Positions 28,640 through 41,144 of a stretch of DNA of 64,000 bases are shown here, one piece after another. Origin of the DNA: Octopus sinensis (Eukaryota); the NCBI RefSeq assembly GCF_006345805.1, contig NC_043004.1, positions 81,344,001 through 81,408,000 on the forward strand. Reading direction: 5' to 3'. Each line of letters starts with the position of its first letter. Position 1 is the stretch's first letter. The notes under the pieces were generated by a model, which made no database searches, was not told where the DNA came from, and saw only the letters and a list, made by a program, of their open reading frames with translations. Position numbers and translations under genes: made by a program.

Positions 28640-29762
28640 AAACATGTTGTAGTTGAAGGGGTAAAATCAAGCCCAGCCAAAGTCAGTAGTGGCGTTCCGC
28701 AAGGCACTGTGCTGGGCCCACTTCTTTTCATCATTTACATTAATGACATTAATGACATCATCAAGCACAGCAACATAAAAATCTTTGCAGATGACTCCAA
28801 GCTACAGAAGGTCATAAACGAGGCGAGTGACCGGACATGCCTTCAGTCAGATCTACTGGCTGTTATCCAATGGGCAGAAAAAACAATATGCTGCTGAACG
28901 AGGATAAATTTGAGCTAATCCACTTTGGAAAAGAGGATGCCCTGAAACTCCCATACCACCTTCCTTCAGGTGAAACTCTCGCGGCGTCCAACAACATCAG
29001 AGACTTGGGAGTAATTGTGGACAACAACGTAAGCTGGGCCACTCATATAAACACCAAAGTTGACATGGCCCACAGAATGTGTTCCTGGATTCTCAGAACT
29101 TTCCAGTCGAGAGATATCCACACCATTATCCTTCTCTTCTCCACTTTCCCGACCCCACCTTGAATACTGTTGTCCACTGTGGTCTCCCCACACAATACAA
29201 GGTATCATAAAAGTTGAAGCACACTCAAAGGGCAATCACAAAAAAGATAGATGGCATGACAGGCCTCGACTATTGGGGTCGGCTAGAAAAGCTAAAACTC
29301 TATTCTCTCCAACGTCGTCGTGAGCGCTACATCATCTGCATGATGTGGAAAATATTCCATCAGCATTGCCCAAATGATGTTGGCATCACCTTTAGGTACA
29401 TCCAAGACTTGGCGCCCGTGCCATCCGCCCAAAACAAAAAATCGCACTCTCATCTCATAACAACAATACGGCACAATTATTTCACCTCAATTGGCCCCGC
29501 TCTCTTTAACATTACACCAAAACACATTAAAACAGAAACTGACCCTATAGGGTTCAAGAAGTCTTTGGACAGATTCCTTCAAGAAATCCCGGATAAACCC
29601 CCTACACCCGGATATGTCTCTGTAAACAATAACTCTCTACTTGAGTGGGCCATAGTGCCCAAATTCTGACTTGAAAGACTTCACCAGGTGGTGCTATTAA
29701 GTTAGACATGGCCTGGGCCAATAATGGCCGAAACCTATCAAAGTATCAAAGTATCAAAGTAT
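28640..29762 (+). mobile_element. 5'-truncated CR1-group (CR1/L2/Daphne-like) LINE, frameshifted RT C-terminus
   Basis: [20 protein letters not shown]...IFADDSKL, DLGVIVD, RPHLEYCCPLWSPH, LYSLQRRRER across three frames; (TATCAAAG)n tail; inserted in (TA)n. Confidence 0.9.
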
Positions 29763-29774
29763 ATATATATATAT

Positions 29775-30220
29775 AATAAATATTAGGGAATAAATCCAAT
29801 GTTACAGGGAAAAATCAGATTTAGGATTGAATCCAATTTTATAGTAAAATATTATATTATATTAAATTAGAGATAAAACCACTATTAGGCAAATCATGCA
29901 ATGAAAAACTTAAGCCAATACATAAGATTATTTAATTTATATTATTTAAATATATAACAAAATTATTAAAAAAATATAATTAATGTAACACTACGATCGT
30001 TTCCTCGCCAAGTTAAATATTTAAACCACCTGATGAATGACTGTAACTCGAAAATTTAAAGAAATTAACAGCCATGAAACGATCGTAGTGTTATATTAAT
30101 CATATTTTTTTTATAATTTTGTTATATATTTAAATAATATAAATTAAATAATCTTATGTATTGGCTTCAGTTTTTCATTGTATGATTTGCCTAATAGTGG
30201 TTTATCTCTAATTTAATATA
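29775..30220. mobile_element. Fold-back (inverted pseudo-LTR-like) element inserted in (TA)n
   Basis: About 145-bp inverted arms at 29858-30003 and 30076-30220, with the hammerhead spanning the spacer and right arm; flanked by TA repeats. Confidence 0.65.
30027..30090 (+). ncRNA. Minimal type-I hammerhead ribozyme motif inside a fold-back repeat
   Basis: cac-CTGATGA-atgactgt...acagccat-GAAAC-gatc-GTA-gtg. Palindromic helix III ACGATCGT, GUA triplet. Confidence 0.7.
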
Positions 30221-30249
30221 TATTATATATATATATAATATATATATAT

Positions 30250-30438
30250 ATAATGAGGGAGATAAATTGAATATTAATTTAATTAATATCAATTTAAAAC
30301 CAGTAGCCTAGCATACAAAAATCAGAAAAATCAGCGAAAGTTCTAATACATGTGTATATTTTAAGGGCTAAAAACCACTATGTGGACAGCATCTATTCTA
30401 GTATATGGCTGTCCACATAGTGGTTTTTAGCCCTTAAT

Positions 30439-30440
<2 letters not shown>
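30250..30440. repeat. Related (TA)n-embedded element with a shorter terminal hairpin
   Basis: ttaagggctaaaaaccactatgtggacagc ... gctgtccacatagtggtttttagcccttaa. Shares aattga..tatcaatt..aaccagt..ctagcata with 21870-21960. Confidence 0.7.
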
Positions 30441-30469
<29 letters not shown>

Positions 30470-30489
30470 CATATACATATACATAGGCA

Positions 30490-30640
<151 letters not shown>

Positions 30641-30864
30641 CATACATACATAATATAATTATATGCATCCCATCTGGCTCCGATAAAAAATGCAGCATCT
30701 TGCCTTTTGATAGTGTATATACGTTGAGTATGGTACACAGGTAACTATTTCTCTATTGTTTCTGCAACGCACCTGTCTTGTTACGACATCTATGTCATTA
30801 CTAGAAAGTGATCGATAAATTCGAGGCCTTTGTGCTAATGTTAGAAATCAATAGATATGATTTT

Positions 30865-31235
30865 TCGACTTCTTCTTCTTCTTTTCTTCTTCTTTTCTTC
30901 CTCTTTTCTTCTTCTTCTTCTTCTTCTTTTTCTTCTTCTTCTTCTTCTCTTCCTTTTCTCTTCCTTCCTCTTCTCCTCCTTCCTCTTCTCCGTCCTCCTC
31001 TTCTCCTCTTTCTTCTCCTCCTCAACTTATCCGCGTCCTCTTCATGCTCTTCATCCTCCTCATCATCTTCTCCTTTTCCTTCTCTTTCATCCTCCTCATC
31101 ATCTTCTTCTCTACCTCCTTCTCCTCCTTCCCCTCCTCCTTCTCCAACATCATCATCATCATCATCATCTTCTTCTTCTCCGTGTTCTTCAAATTCGTCT
31201 CCTCTGCCTCATCCTCCTCCTCCTTCTCTGTTCTC
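30865..31235. repeat. (CTT)/(CCT)/(CAT) low-complexity tract
   Basis: Directly visible; a similar tract lies at 43300-43550. Confidence 0.9.
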
Positions 31236-31693
31236 ATCCAGATAACCCAGATTCTACGCAGTCATCTTTGCAGTTTCCAATGTAGACAACGGTATTCAAT
31301 GAGTTCCAAAGACTGGAATTTTCTATGTGATTGGTTTCTCCGAACGTGTTTGGCAACAACTCAAGCACCGAACGCTTTGCCCAGCCGCTCGATTTAATTG
31401 CAACTGAATAAAGCTACCTTAAAATACAAACTAAATTAATTACACACAAACTTCCACCTAATTAAGATGTTGCATGCTTTGTTAAAAGACCGTAGTGTTC
31501 TTATCGTTATTCCTTTGAAAGAATATTGGATAAGAGCAGGCGTGGCTGTGTGGTAAGCTTGCTTCCGAACCACATTGACTCGGGTTCAGTCCCACTGCGT
31601 GGCACCTTGGCCAAGTGGCTTCTACTATAGCCTTGGGCAGACCAAGGAAACTGAAAGAAGTCCGTCATATATACATATATATAAAAAATAATA

Positions 31694-31764
<71 letters not shown>

Positions 31765-32156
31765 TTGTTTTGTCTTGGTATAAAAGATGGGCTACAGCAA
31801 ATATTCTGCTCAATACCACAGATTTGCTTGTCAGTTGTTTGACCATAACCAGTTGAGCATGTCCCTTAGTAGCAGACGATATGTGCATCTCTGATTACGA
31901 GCAGAAGTAGAAGGGGGGCATCATAGCCATGTGTTGAGAGGGATTCTTTGGGGTTTGAATAATTCACCTTCTAACTGGGCCCCACCTGCAAGGTCATGTG
32001 CTGTTTATCTTGATATGAGATCACCATGTCGCGCACATATGGTTGTGATGCATATGCCTGGTGTACCCTTATCAGACGGGTAGTCATGATGGATATACTG
32101 GGCTTCGTATATTTTACCCCAATGTCACTTGGATGGCATGCACTGCTCTCTCACTC

Positions 32157-32218
<62 letters not shown>

Positions 32219-33023
32219 TCTCAAATTTTGTCACGGGATCAGCAACTCTGGGAGAGGGGATGAGTCGATTACATTGACCCCAGTGTTCAACTGGTACGTA
32301 TTTTATCGATCCACTAACGGATGAATGGTAAAGTCGACCTCGGTGAAATTTGAACCCACAACGCTGCGACAGCCGAAATACCTATTTCTTTACTACCCAC
32401 AAGGGGCTAAACACACAGAGGACAAACAAGGACAGACAAAGGGATTAAGTCGATTATATCGACCCCAGTGCGTAACTGGTACTTAATCTATCGACCCCGA
32501 AACCTGACGCAATACCAGGCACTCGCTCTCATGGTTCTGATCTTAACTGATTGGAAGTGTTATCATGTACATTGTTTTGTCTTCGTATTAAAGATGGGCT
32601 ACAGCAAATATTCTGCTCAATACCACAGATTTGCTTGTCAGTTGTTTGACCTTAACCAGTTGAGCATGTCCCTTAGTGGCTGACGATATGTGCATCTCTG
32701 ATCACGAGCAGAAGTAGTGGGGGAGTATCATAAACATATGTTGAGAGGGATTCTTTGGGGTTTGGATAATTCACCTCTGGAAACATGGGTGTTTCGTTCA
32801 ACATCTTTAAACAACCCTTATTCAGGGACGTTTTGAGCGGGATGGGCTACTCAACCTGAAGAAAATTCTAACTGGGCCCCACAAGTCATTCGCTGTTTAT
32901 CTTATTATATAACGCGAACATATGGTTGCATCACAACCACACACACACACGCACACACACACACACACATACACACACACACACACATACACACACACCA
33001 CAACACACACACACACCACACAC

Positions 33024-33068
<45 letters not shown>

Positions 33069-33156
33069 GGAAAGTTTACGAAAAAAACAAAAGACGAAGA
33101 CAGGTGATGCACAAAACAAACAGATGTATTAGTATAACGCTCAGGAATAGAAAAAG

Positions 33157-33194
33157 TCTTTTACGTTTCGAGCCTATGCTCTTCTACAGAAAGA
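33157..33194 (-). ncRNA. Hammerhead-like motif with variant core (CUGUAGA)
   Basis: Minus strand tcttt-CTGTAGA-a-gagc-atag-gctc-GAAAC-GTA-aaaga; helices I and II are perfect. Confidence 0.55.
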
Positions 33195-34119
33195 GACACA
33201 GAAAAAACAAGGGGAGAAACAAGGAGAGAAAAAAATGTGTGTAGTGGCTAACGATCTATCATCTATATATATATATATGGTTGTCGATTTGTTCAACTAA
33301 AGGCGGTGCTCCAGCTTGGCCGCAGTCAACTGACTGAAACGAATAAAAAAAATAGGTGTACATACATTGTTGTTAAAGCAATTAACACGCACACACACAC
33401 TGGTCCTTTATATCTCTGAAGATGGCCAGATTAACAACTCTGCTCTTTGTTCGTCCTGAGATGATTTATTAGGGCCGGTATTGGCATAAAATCCAGAGTT
33501 ACGGTGGGGGCACTTAATAGCAGAATCAGGACCGAGTGCGTCCCTTACTTTCCGTGGAATCCTCGTCTCCGAGTTTTTTTTTCTGATTATTTCTGAGATA
33601 ACACACACAAAAGGCATGCGTCCTTCGTTACCATACAAAGAACTTTCTTCCCGCTCTCTCTCCCCTCGTCTCTCACTCTCTCTCTATCTCTCTCTCTCTC
33701 TCTCACTCTCTCTCTCACTCTCTCACTCTCTCTCTCTCTCACTCTCTCTCTATCTCTCACTCTCTCTCACACTCTCTCTCACTCTCTCTCTCTCTTACTC
33801 TCTTCCTCACGATATTGTTTTACACTCATTTAGTAATCAGCCTGTCACACACACATAGATTCATTATGCAAAAACACAACCACATACATGTACACAATCA
33901 CACACACACACACACATATGCACACACATAGCACTCACATGTGAACGCACAGACAGCAGGAGGAGGAGGAGGAGAAGGGGTGTAAAGCAGTTCCATTGTA
34001 TTGAATTCGGTTATCTTAATCGGTCAGACTTTTTGAGATTGCTCCACTGAGAAGACTCAGCGGTAGTTTGATCTACAAGAAAAAGTAGCCAACTGCCTCT
34101 CAAGCTATATACTACTCTT

Positions 34120-34186
<67 letters not shown>

Positions 34187-34198
34187 ATAGACAGACAG

Positions 34199-34264
<66 letters not shown>

Positions 34265-34619
34265 GGACGGAAAGCAGACAGACAGACGGACGGACTGATG
34301 GATGGACAGACAGACAAACAGATAGATAGATAGACAGACACACGGATGGATGGACGGACGAACGGACGGACAGCAGACAGTCAGACGGACGGACGGATGA
34401 ATAGATGGATGGATGGATGGATGGATGGAAGGATGGATGGATGGATGGAAGGATGGATAGATGGATGGATGGATGAACGGACGGACAGACAAACAGATAG
34501 ACAGATAGATAGATACATAGATACATAAATAGATAGGCAGAGAGAAGATAGACAGACAGACAGACAGAGATCGATGGATGGATGGATGGATGGATGACGG
34601 ATGGATGGAGAGAGAGCGA

Positions 34620-35345
34620 TGAACTACACAGAACAGGGGGAGACACGTGGCATGTAGAGTTGTTGAAGAGGTCACAGATCGTGTGACGAAAGACCAACTT
34701 CACATGTGCTTCCAAGAACCTTATCTATGTCCTAACCTGCTCAGATTGTGGCCACTATTATGTGGGCCAAACGAGCCTTACTTTGAGACGCAGAGTTGTG
34801 CTGCATAAAGAACAGATTCGTTTTCCTCAATACAGGCAGATAGCCCTGAGCGAACATATCGATAGATGCGCAAGAAATAAAATGCCGAATTTCCATATAT
34901 TTCCATTAGACCAATGCAAAGATTCAATCTTCTTACAAGAACGCCTAAACAAAACCTGTTCATATAAAAGTACAGATCACACCTTGATATACAAATTGGA
35001 CTACTTGATCCTTATACATTCCTATTTCAAGAATTATACTGAGGAGTTAGTTGTCCCCCTTGCCACCTATTGCCTCCCTTTGTCCACTCTCTAGACTCAT
35101 TCTTACTTTTCAAGTAACCAAAGTGGCAAGACTTCTTTTTCACAAGAAATGATTACTTCACAATAACCCTTCAAAAGCTAATTTAAATAGCGAAAACCGG
35201 TTAGATATCACGACATCTATAATATATATATATAAAATTTCTTTATAAAAAGATATTAAACTATGTGAAACGAAGGTATTTCTCTTCCACTTTTTATATA
35301 TAGCCACGTGGTGTTTACTGATTCTCCAGCATCTTTCCTCCTTTC
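34620..35345 (+). mobile_element. Penelope-like element 3' fragment: GIY-YIG endonuclease remnant plus 3' UTR
   Basis: Frame from 34687 reads [45 protein letters not shown]...LSEH (C..N.IY...C..C...YVGQT..R..H, the PLE GIY-YIG pattern). A stop lies just upstream; a degenerate hammerhead-like gcta/tagc-GAAAACCGGTT lies at about 35168-35205. Confidence 0.8.
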
Positions 35346-35585
35346 ATATATATATATATATAATCTTTTATCCTTTACTTGTTTCAGTCATGTGATTACG
35401 GCCATGACGGGGCACCGCCCTGAAAGGTTTTAATCGAATAAATCTACCCCCAGGATTCACTTTTTTAAGCTCGGTACTTATTCTTTCGGTTCTCTTTTGC
35501 CGAACCGCTAAGTTATGGCGACGTAAACACACCAACACCGGTTGTCAAACGGTAGTGAGGTATATATATAAATATATATATATAT

Positions 35586-36623
35586 AAGGTTAATCCAAAC
35601 GGGAAAACAGAAAAAACAACAACACGTGGAACAATTACAGTATTATTATTATTAGGCGCTCAGGAAAATGGAAGAAGGAGGGTATGACGTTTCGAGCGGA
35701 GCTCTTCGTCGGAAACATAGGAGAAAGAAAGATCCCGAGACGGGAGGACAGAGGAAAAAAAATTGCAGGTAGTCTTCACGAGGTCACATACTAAAAAGAC
35801 GGAAGTGGTAAAAAAGGAGGAAAATGTTTTTTAAAAACAGGAGAGCTGAATCAAAGAGGGAATGGTAAAAAAGGTGTGCGAGATGACAAGGGTGTGTGTG
35901 TGAGTGTGTGTATGTGTGTGTATGGTGGACAATGGCTAGTAGCAAGCAGTAGTAGAATTAAAGGAGTGGTGTGGGGGTACCCTAGCAAGTCAGAAAAGCA
36001 GATCAGAAACAGGGAGGTATGTGTGTGTGCGTGTGTATGTATGTGTGAGTGTGTGCGTGTGCGTGCGTGTGTGTATGTGTGTGTGAGGCGAGATAAAAAA
36101 ACAAAAAATATGTATATGTTAGTGCGTGCAGGGCGAACAGATGACATAGCAAGTCTCAAGTGAGTGGTCAGTGGTAAAAAAAGGAGGAAGGAGGGAAGAA
36201 TGGAAGGAGGGAAAGGGTGGGGGCGTATGTAACGTGCCAGTGTGTGTGTTGAGTGGTAGTGTGTGTGTGTCCAGTGTGCGTAGTTGTGTGTATGGCAAGT
36301 AAATTTGAAGTGTGTGTAAGTGTAATGTATATATATATGCAAATGTGTGTGTGTGAGTGGGTGTGTGTATGTGTGTACAAAAAGGGGGGTTAAGGAAAAA
36401 AAACTGCAGCGGAGGGGGGGAGGAGGGACGGAAGATGGAAGAGTGGTCCCGCGGCGACAGGCGTGGGAGAACCCAAAGACACGCGCCGGCCCCAGATACG
36501 AACAGGAGATCTAGTCGGTACCCACGAGCGTGGTGCATGCATGCGTGTATGCGTGCGCGAACGTGCACAAGCGTGTATGTGCGCGCGCCTGCGAGTGTGT
36601 GTGTGTAAGTATGTATGTGTGTG

Positions 36624-36655
<32 letters not shown>

Positions 36656-36694
36656 TATATATATAATATAGTATTATTGGACGCTCAGGAAAGA
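35586..36694 (-). mobile_element. Non-autonomous Penelope-type element with direct terminal repeats and a hammerhead
   Basis: tattatt(a/g)g(g/a)cgctcaggaaa at about 35648-35668 and 36672-36692; hammerhead at 35682-35716; flanked by (TA)n. A related fragment lies at 33066-33262. Confidence 0.5.
35682..35716 (-). ncRNA. Hammerhead-like motif with variant core (CCGACGA)
   Basis: Minus strand gttt-CCGACGA-a-gagc-tcc-gctc-GAAAC-GTC-atac. Confidence 0.55.
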
Positions 36695-36697
36695 TAC

Positions 36698-36779
<82 letters not shown>

Positions 36780-37967
36780 GATAAGCTTCTTTCAGTTTCC
36801 GTCTACCAAATCCACTCACAAGGCTTTGATCGGCCCGAAGCTATAGTAGAAGACACTTGCCCAAGGTGCCACGCAGTGGGACTGAACCGGAACCATGTGG
36901 TTGGGAAGCAAGCTTCTTGCCACACAGTTACGCCCGGTATTTTCTCACGCACGCAATGCACTTTCACTTTCCCCTCTTCCCATCACTGATGTTTATGCAA
37001 GGGGCCACCGCTACAAGGGGCCCGATACAACCTAGCGCCAGAAGACGTTGCAAGCGGTGCTGTGAAAACGCAAAAGACCCGGAACATATCACCGCAAAGC
37101 GTCTTTCTAGTAAATCTATGAATCCCTCGCCTTGGAACTTGGCAGTTTTTGGGGGTTTGGGGGGTCTTTTTTCGTTGGGCTTTTATCTACCTCGAAAGTA
37201 TAAGTAAAGTTCACCTGGCGAAATTTGAACCTAGAGCACGTGGCATTCTCACCAATGCTCTGATGTTTCTGCTAATTCGCCCGAGATACACTATTCTTGA
37301 AAATATAACGATATGGTCATGGCTAGAACGCGGTGCTAAGCAACAACAGTCGGTTTTATTAACATCATATGCGGTGTTACGAAGTTCATTGCGTTCCAAA
37401 AGTACACAAACATCAGAAAAAAAAAATGGCACCAAACTGAAATTGAAACTGCGTCGTCGTGGAATCGGTCTACCTCCGAATATGTTTCCACACGATACGG
37501 TGCCAGGCTGTCTTCACATTTGATAAGAAGCACTGTTATTTCTTTAGAAAAAGTATTGGAAAGTTTACATTATATCAATAAGTCGAAAATAAATCTGTTT
37601 TGTCCGAATTGTTATACCATACATTAGAAAATATTGTATTAGTTTGGACAAAAGGAAATAGATTGATATAGACAGTACTTATTCGTTATTGAATTTGAAA
37701 CCAAATAAGAAAGAAAAAAAGAATTAGCACGGTGGGGTGGGGAGAGAAAATAGCTGTGTCTAATTTAAAGCATATAACTGATGTGCATTTTATTGATTCT
37801 AGCAGGATTTGAACTCAGAACGTAAAGAGTAGTAACTGCATGCCTTAAAGCGTTGTGTCTAGCTCCTTTGCCGCTTCAACAACTCTTGTCGCTGTCTACG
37901 GAAAACGTTTTCATCGGTGCTAGTCTTCTGCTCACCTTCTGCACATTTAATACTCAACTATCTGAGA

Positions 37968-38580
37968 CGGCGAGCTGGCAGAAACGTTAGTGCGCTGGGC
38001 GAAATGCCTAGCGGTATTTCGTCTGCCGTTACGTTTCTGAGTTCAAATTCCGCCGAAGTCGACTTTGCCTTTCATCCTTTCAAGGTCGATTAAATAAGTA
38101 CCAGTTACGCACTGGGGTCGATGCAATCAGCTTAATCCCTTTGTATGTTCCTGATTGTCCCCTCTATGTTTAGCCCCTTGTGGACAATAATGAAATAAGA
38201 AACGTTAACACGCCGGGCGAAATGCTTAGCGGTATTTCGTCTGCCGCTACGTTCTGAGTTCAAATTCTGCCGAGGTCGACTTTCCCTTTCATCCTTTTGG
38301 GCTCGATAAATTAAGGACCAGTTACGCACTGGGATCGATATAATCGACTTAATCCCTTTGTCTGTCCTTGTTTGTCCTCTGTGTGTTTAGCCCCTTGTGG
38401 GTAGTAAAGAAATAGGTATTTCGTCTGTCTTTACGTTCCGTGTTCAAATTCCGCTGAGGTCGACTTTGCCTTTCATCGTTTCGGGGTCGATAAATTAAAA
38501 TACCATTTGCATACTGGGGTCGATCTAATCGACTGGACCCTTCCCCAAAATTTCGGGCCTTGTGCCTAGAGTAGAAGAGA
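37968..38580 (+). mobile_element. Multimeric copy of the GGCGGCGAGCTGG SINE family
   Basis: Three head-to-tail partial units. Confidence 0.85.
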
Positions 38581-39309
38581 ATACTCGTCTATCTTGCCTT
38601 GTTATCTTTTACTTGTTTCAGTAATTAGACGGCGGCCATGCTGGAGCACCGTCTTGAAGACGTTTTAGTCGAATAAATCTACCCCAGTACATATTTTGCT
38701 TTGTTTTTTTTTAAGCCTGGTAGTTATTCTATCGGGTTGTCTTTGCCGAACCGCTAAGTGACGGGGATATAAACACACCAGCACCGGTTGTCAAGCGGTG
38801 TTGAGGGACAAACACAAAGCGCACACACTTACATACACATACATATACATCGTTGCTGCTGCTGTTGTTTCGATGGTTGTTACTGCTGCTGAAGCTGTCA
38901 CGGACTTTTCAATTTGGCTGTTCTGTTGTGCGGTTAACTGGCTGTTCTTTTAAGCGGACGAGGATTTAGAGCCAAAATGGAGGAGAGTGTTAGACTAAAC
39001 AAATTCTAATGTAACCCTTAAGGGCTGCAAATAAAGATAAAACTAACCAGCCCCCTAAGGTCCTAGTTAGTTTATTTATATAACGATAACAATTGTACAA
39101 AATATAACTTGTGTAACAATATAGATAACAATAAAATTACTGGAGCGATGTGCAATACGTGTCGACAGACGAACAGCAAGAAAATTAGTCTCAAATTTTT
39201 TCACACAAGACCAGCAATTTCAAGGGAGCAGGTAAGTCGATTACATCAAACCCAGTACACAACTGGTACTTATTTTATCGATCCCGAAAGGATGAAAAGC
39301 AAAGTTGAA

Positions 39310-40065
39310 GATAAACCTCTGCATGGTCAATTTTGAACAGCCACTGAAGATGTATATGGGATTGGTTATTAAAAATTGTAGCAGCCCAGGATCAAGCGAT
39401 AAAGACAAACAACTTGAGGGAAAATGTATTTGTGTCGGAAAAAATGTAGAAATTGTGGAATTTGGAATGAGATAGTGGCACACATTGTTGCAGAATGTCC
39501 CAAGTTGATACATGAAGAATATAAGAGGAAGCTTTGCCAAAAATGTGGGTTTGAAGCTGGAGACATAGTATGAACATCAGGTCGAAAGAATGCTGGAGTT
39601 GAAGAAATATAAGATTCTGTGGAAGTTTCCTTTTCAAACGGACAAGAAGCTAGAAAATAACAGACCAGACATAACAATAATAAACAAGGAAAAGTGAAGT
39701 TGGCTTACTAAGTAATCCAACATGTCTGTTTGATTTCAGGATCGTAAAGAAAGAAGAGGAAAAACAAAGCAAAAGAAATACAACCCCTTAAAATTTTAAA
39801 TTGCAAGAATTTGGAATATGGAAACTGCAAAGGTGGTGACTATAATAAATTGGTGCATTGGAAACTGTAAATAAAGATGTAAACAAATGGTTGGAGGAGA
39901 TTGGAATAGAATGTCCTGCAGAGCCTCTACAGAAAGTTTACCTCTTAGGGTCAGGAAGGATTATCAGGAGAGTTTTAGGCACTTGAAAGACTATTAAAAG
40001 ATTGCGTATACCTCAGGTATACCACATAAATTCTAACAGGAATAAGAACAAACCTGGGTCAAATC
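39310..40065 (+). mobile_element. Degenerate R4/Dong-type LINE 3' region ending in (TAA)n
   Basis: Frameshifted peptides VAAQDQAIKTN, CRNCG..HIVAECP, ILWKFPFQTDKKLENNRPDI, GALETV..EEIGIEC..LQKVYLLG; (TAA)n follows at 40066. Confidence 0.75.
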
Positions 40066-40267
40066 AATAATAATGATAATAATAATAATAATAATAATAA
40101 TAAACCTTTTCATTGTAGACGCAACACCTAATATTTGAGAGAGGGAGCTAGTCGTTTAGATCGACCCCAGTACTCAACTGGTACTTCTTTTATCGAAATG
40201 CTACACATTTCGCCCGACGTGCTCACGATTCTGCCAGCTCGCCGCCTTGTAAATATTTATTAATAAT

Positions 40268-40665
40268 CCTTTCTACTATAGACACAAGGCCTGGATTTTG
40301 TAGGGAGGGGGACAGCCGATTAGATCGACTCCAGTGTGTAACTGGTACTTGATTTATTCACCCCGAAACGATGAAAAGTCAAGTCGTCCTCGGCGGAATT
40401 TGAACTCAGAACGTAAAGACGGACGAAATACCTATTTCTTTACTACTCACAAGGGGCTAAACACAGAGAGGACAAACAAGGACAGACAAACGGATTAAGT
40501 CGATTATATCAACCCCAGTGTGTAACTGGTACTTATTTAATCGACCCCGAAAGGATGAAAGGCAAAGTCGACCTCAGCGGAACTTGAACTCACAATGTAG
40601 CGGCAGACGAAATACCGCTAAGCATTTAGCCCGGCGTGCTAACGATTCTGCCAACTCGCCGCCTT
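40268..40665 (-). mobile_element. SINE (GGCGGCGAG family) with a target-site duplication of about 20 bp
   Basis: gtaaatatttattaataat at about 40248-40267 and 40667-40685. Confidence 0.8.
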
Positions 40666-41069
40666 GTAAATATTTATTAATAATGACATTCATAATGACA
40701 CAGCCATCGACAAGCTTTGATGTCTTTGTGAGACTTACAACAACAACAACAACAACATCAACAAAAGAAAGAAACTTCATTGGTTAAGTTAATATTTCTT
40801 TCATTTGTCCAAACACACGGCCTTTTGGCTTTTCTGTTACAGACGATATAATCGATTGGACAAAACCTCTATGTATTACGATTGCTAATTTTTATTGATC
40901 CTGTGTTGGTAAGAAAAGGCAATGCTGATTCCGATGAGATTGTGAGCTTTGAATCCAGAAATAATAAGTATGAGTAGGAGACGATTTGGCACAGCCATTC
41001 TGGCGCCACCTTTTTTGGCGTCACTGATTCCATGCTATATTGTTCGACGTCAAATGTTTTAATATTTTA

Positions 41070-41144
<75 letters not shown>

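Noticed and set aside
30801-31397. Poly-S/E/R/L ORFs (also at 43291-43707)
   Set aside because: Trinucleotide low-complexity tracts open in several frames.
33408-33638. 76-aa ORF in unique sequence
   Set aside because: No recognisable domain or convincing splice sites.
37040-37110. Imperfect hairpin (agaagacg..gcggtg / caccgc..cgtctttct) as a pre-miRNA
   Set aside because: Large bulge and loop, no recognised mature miRNA.
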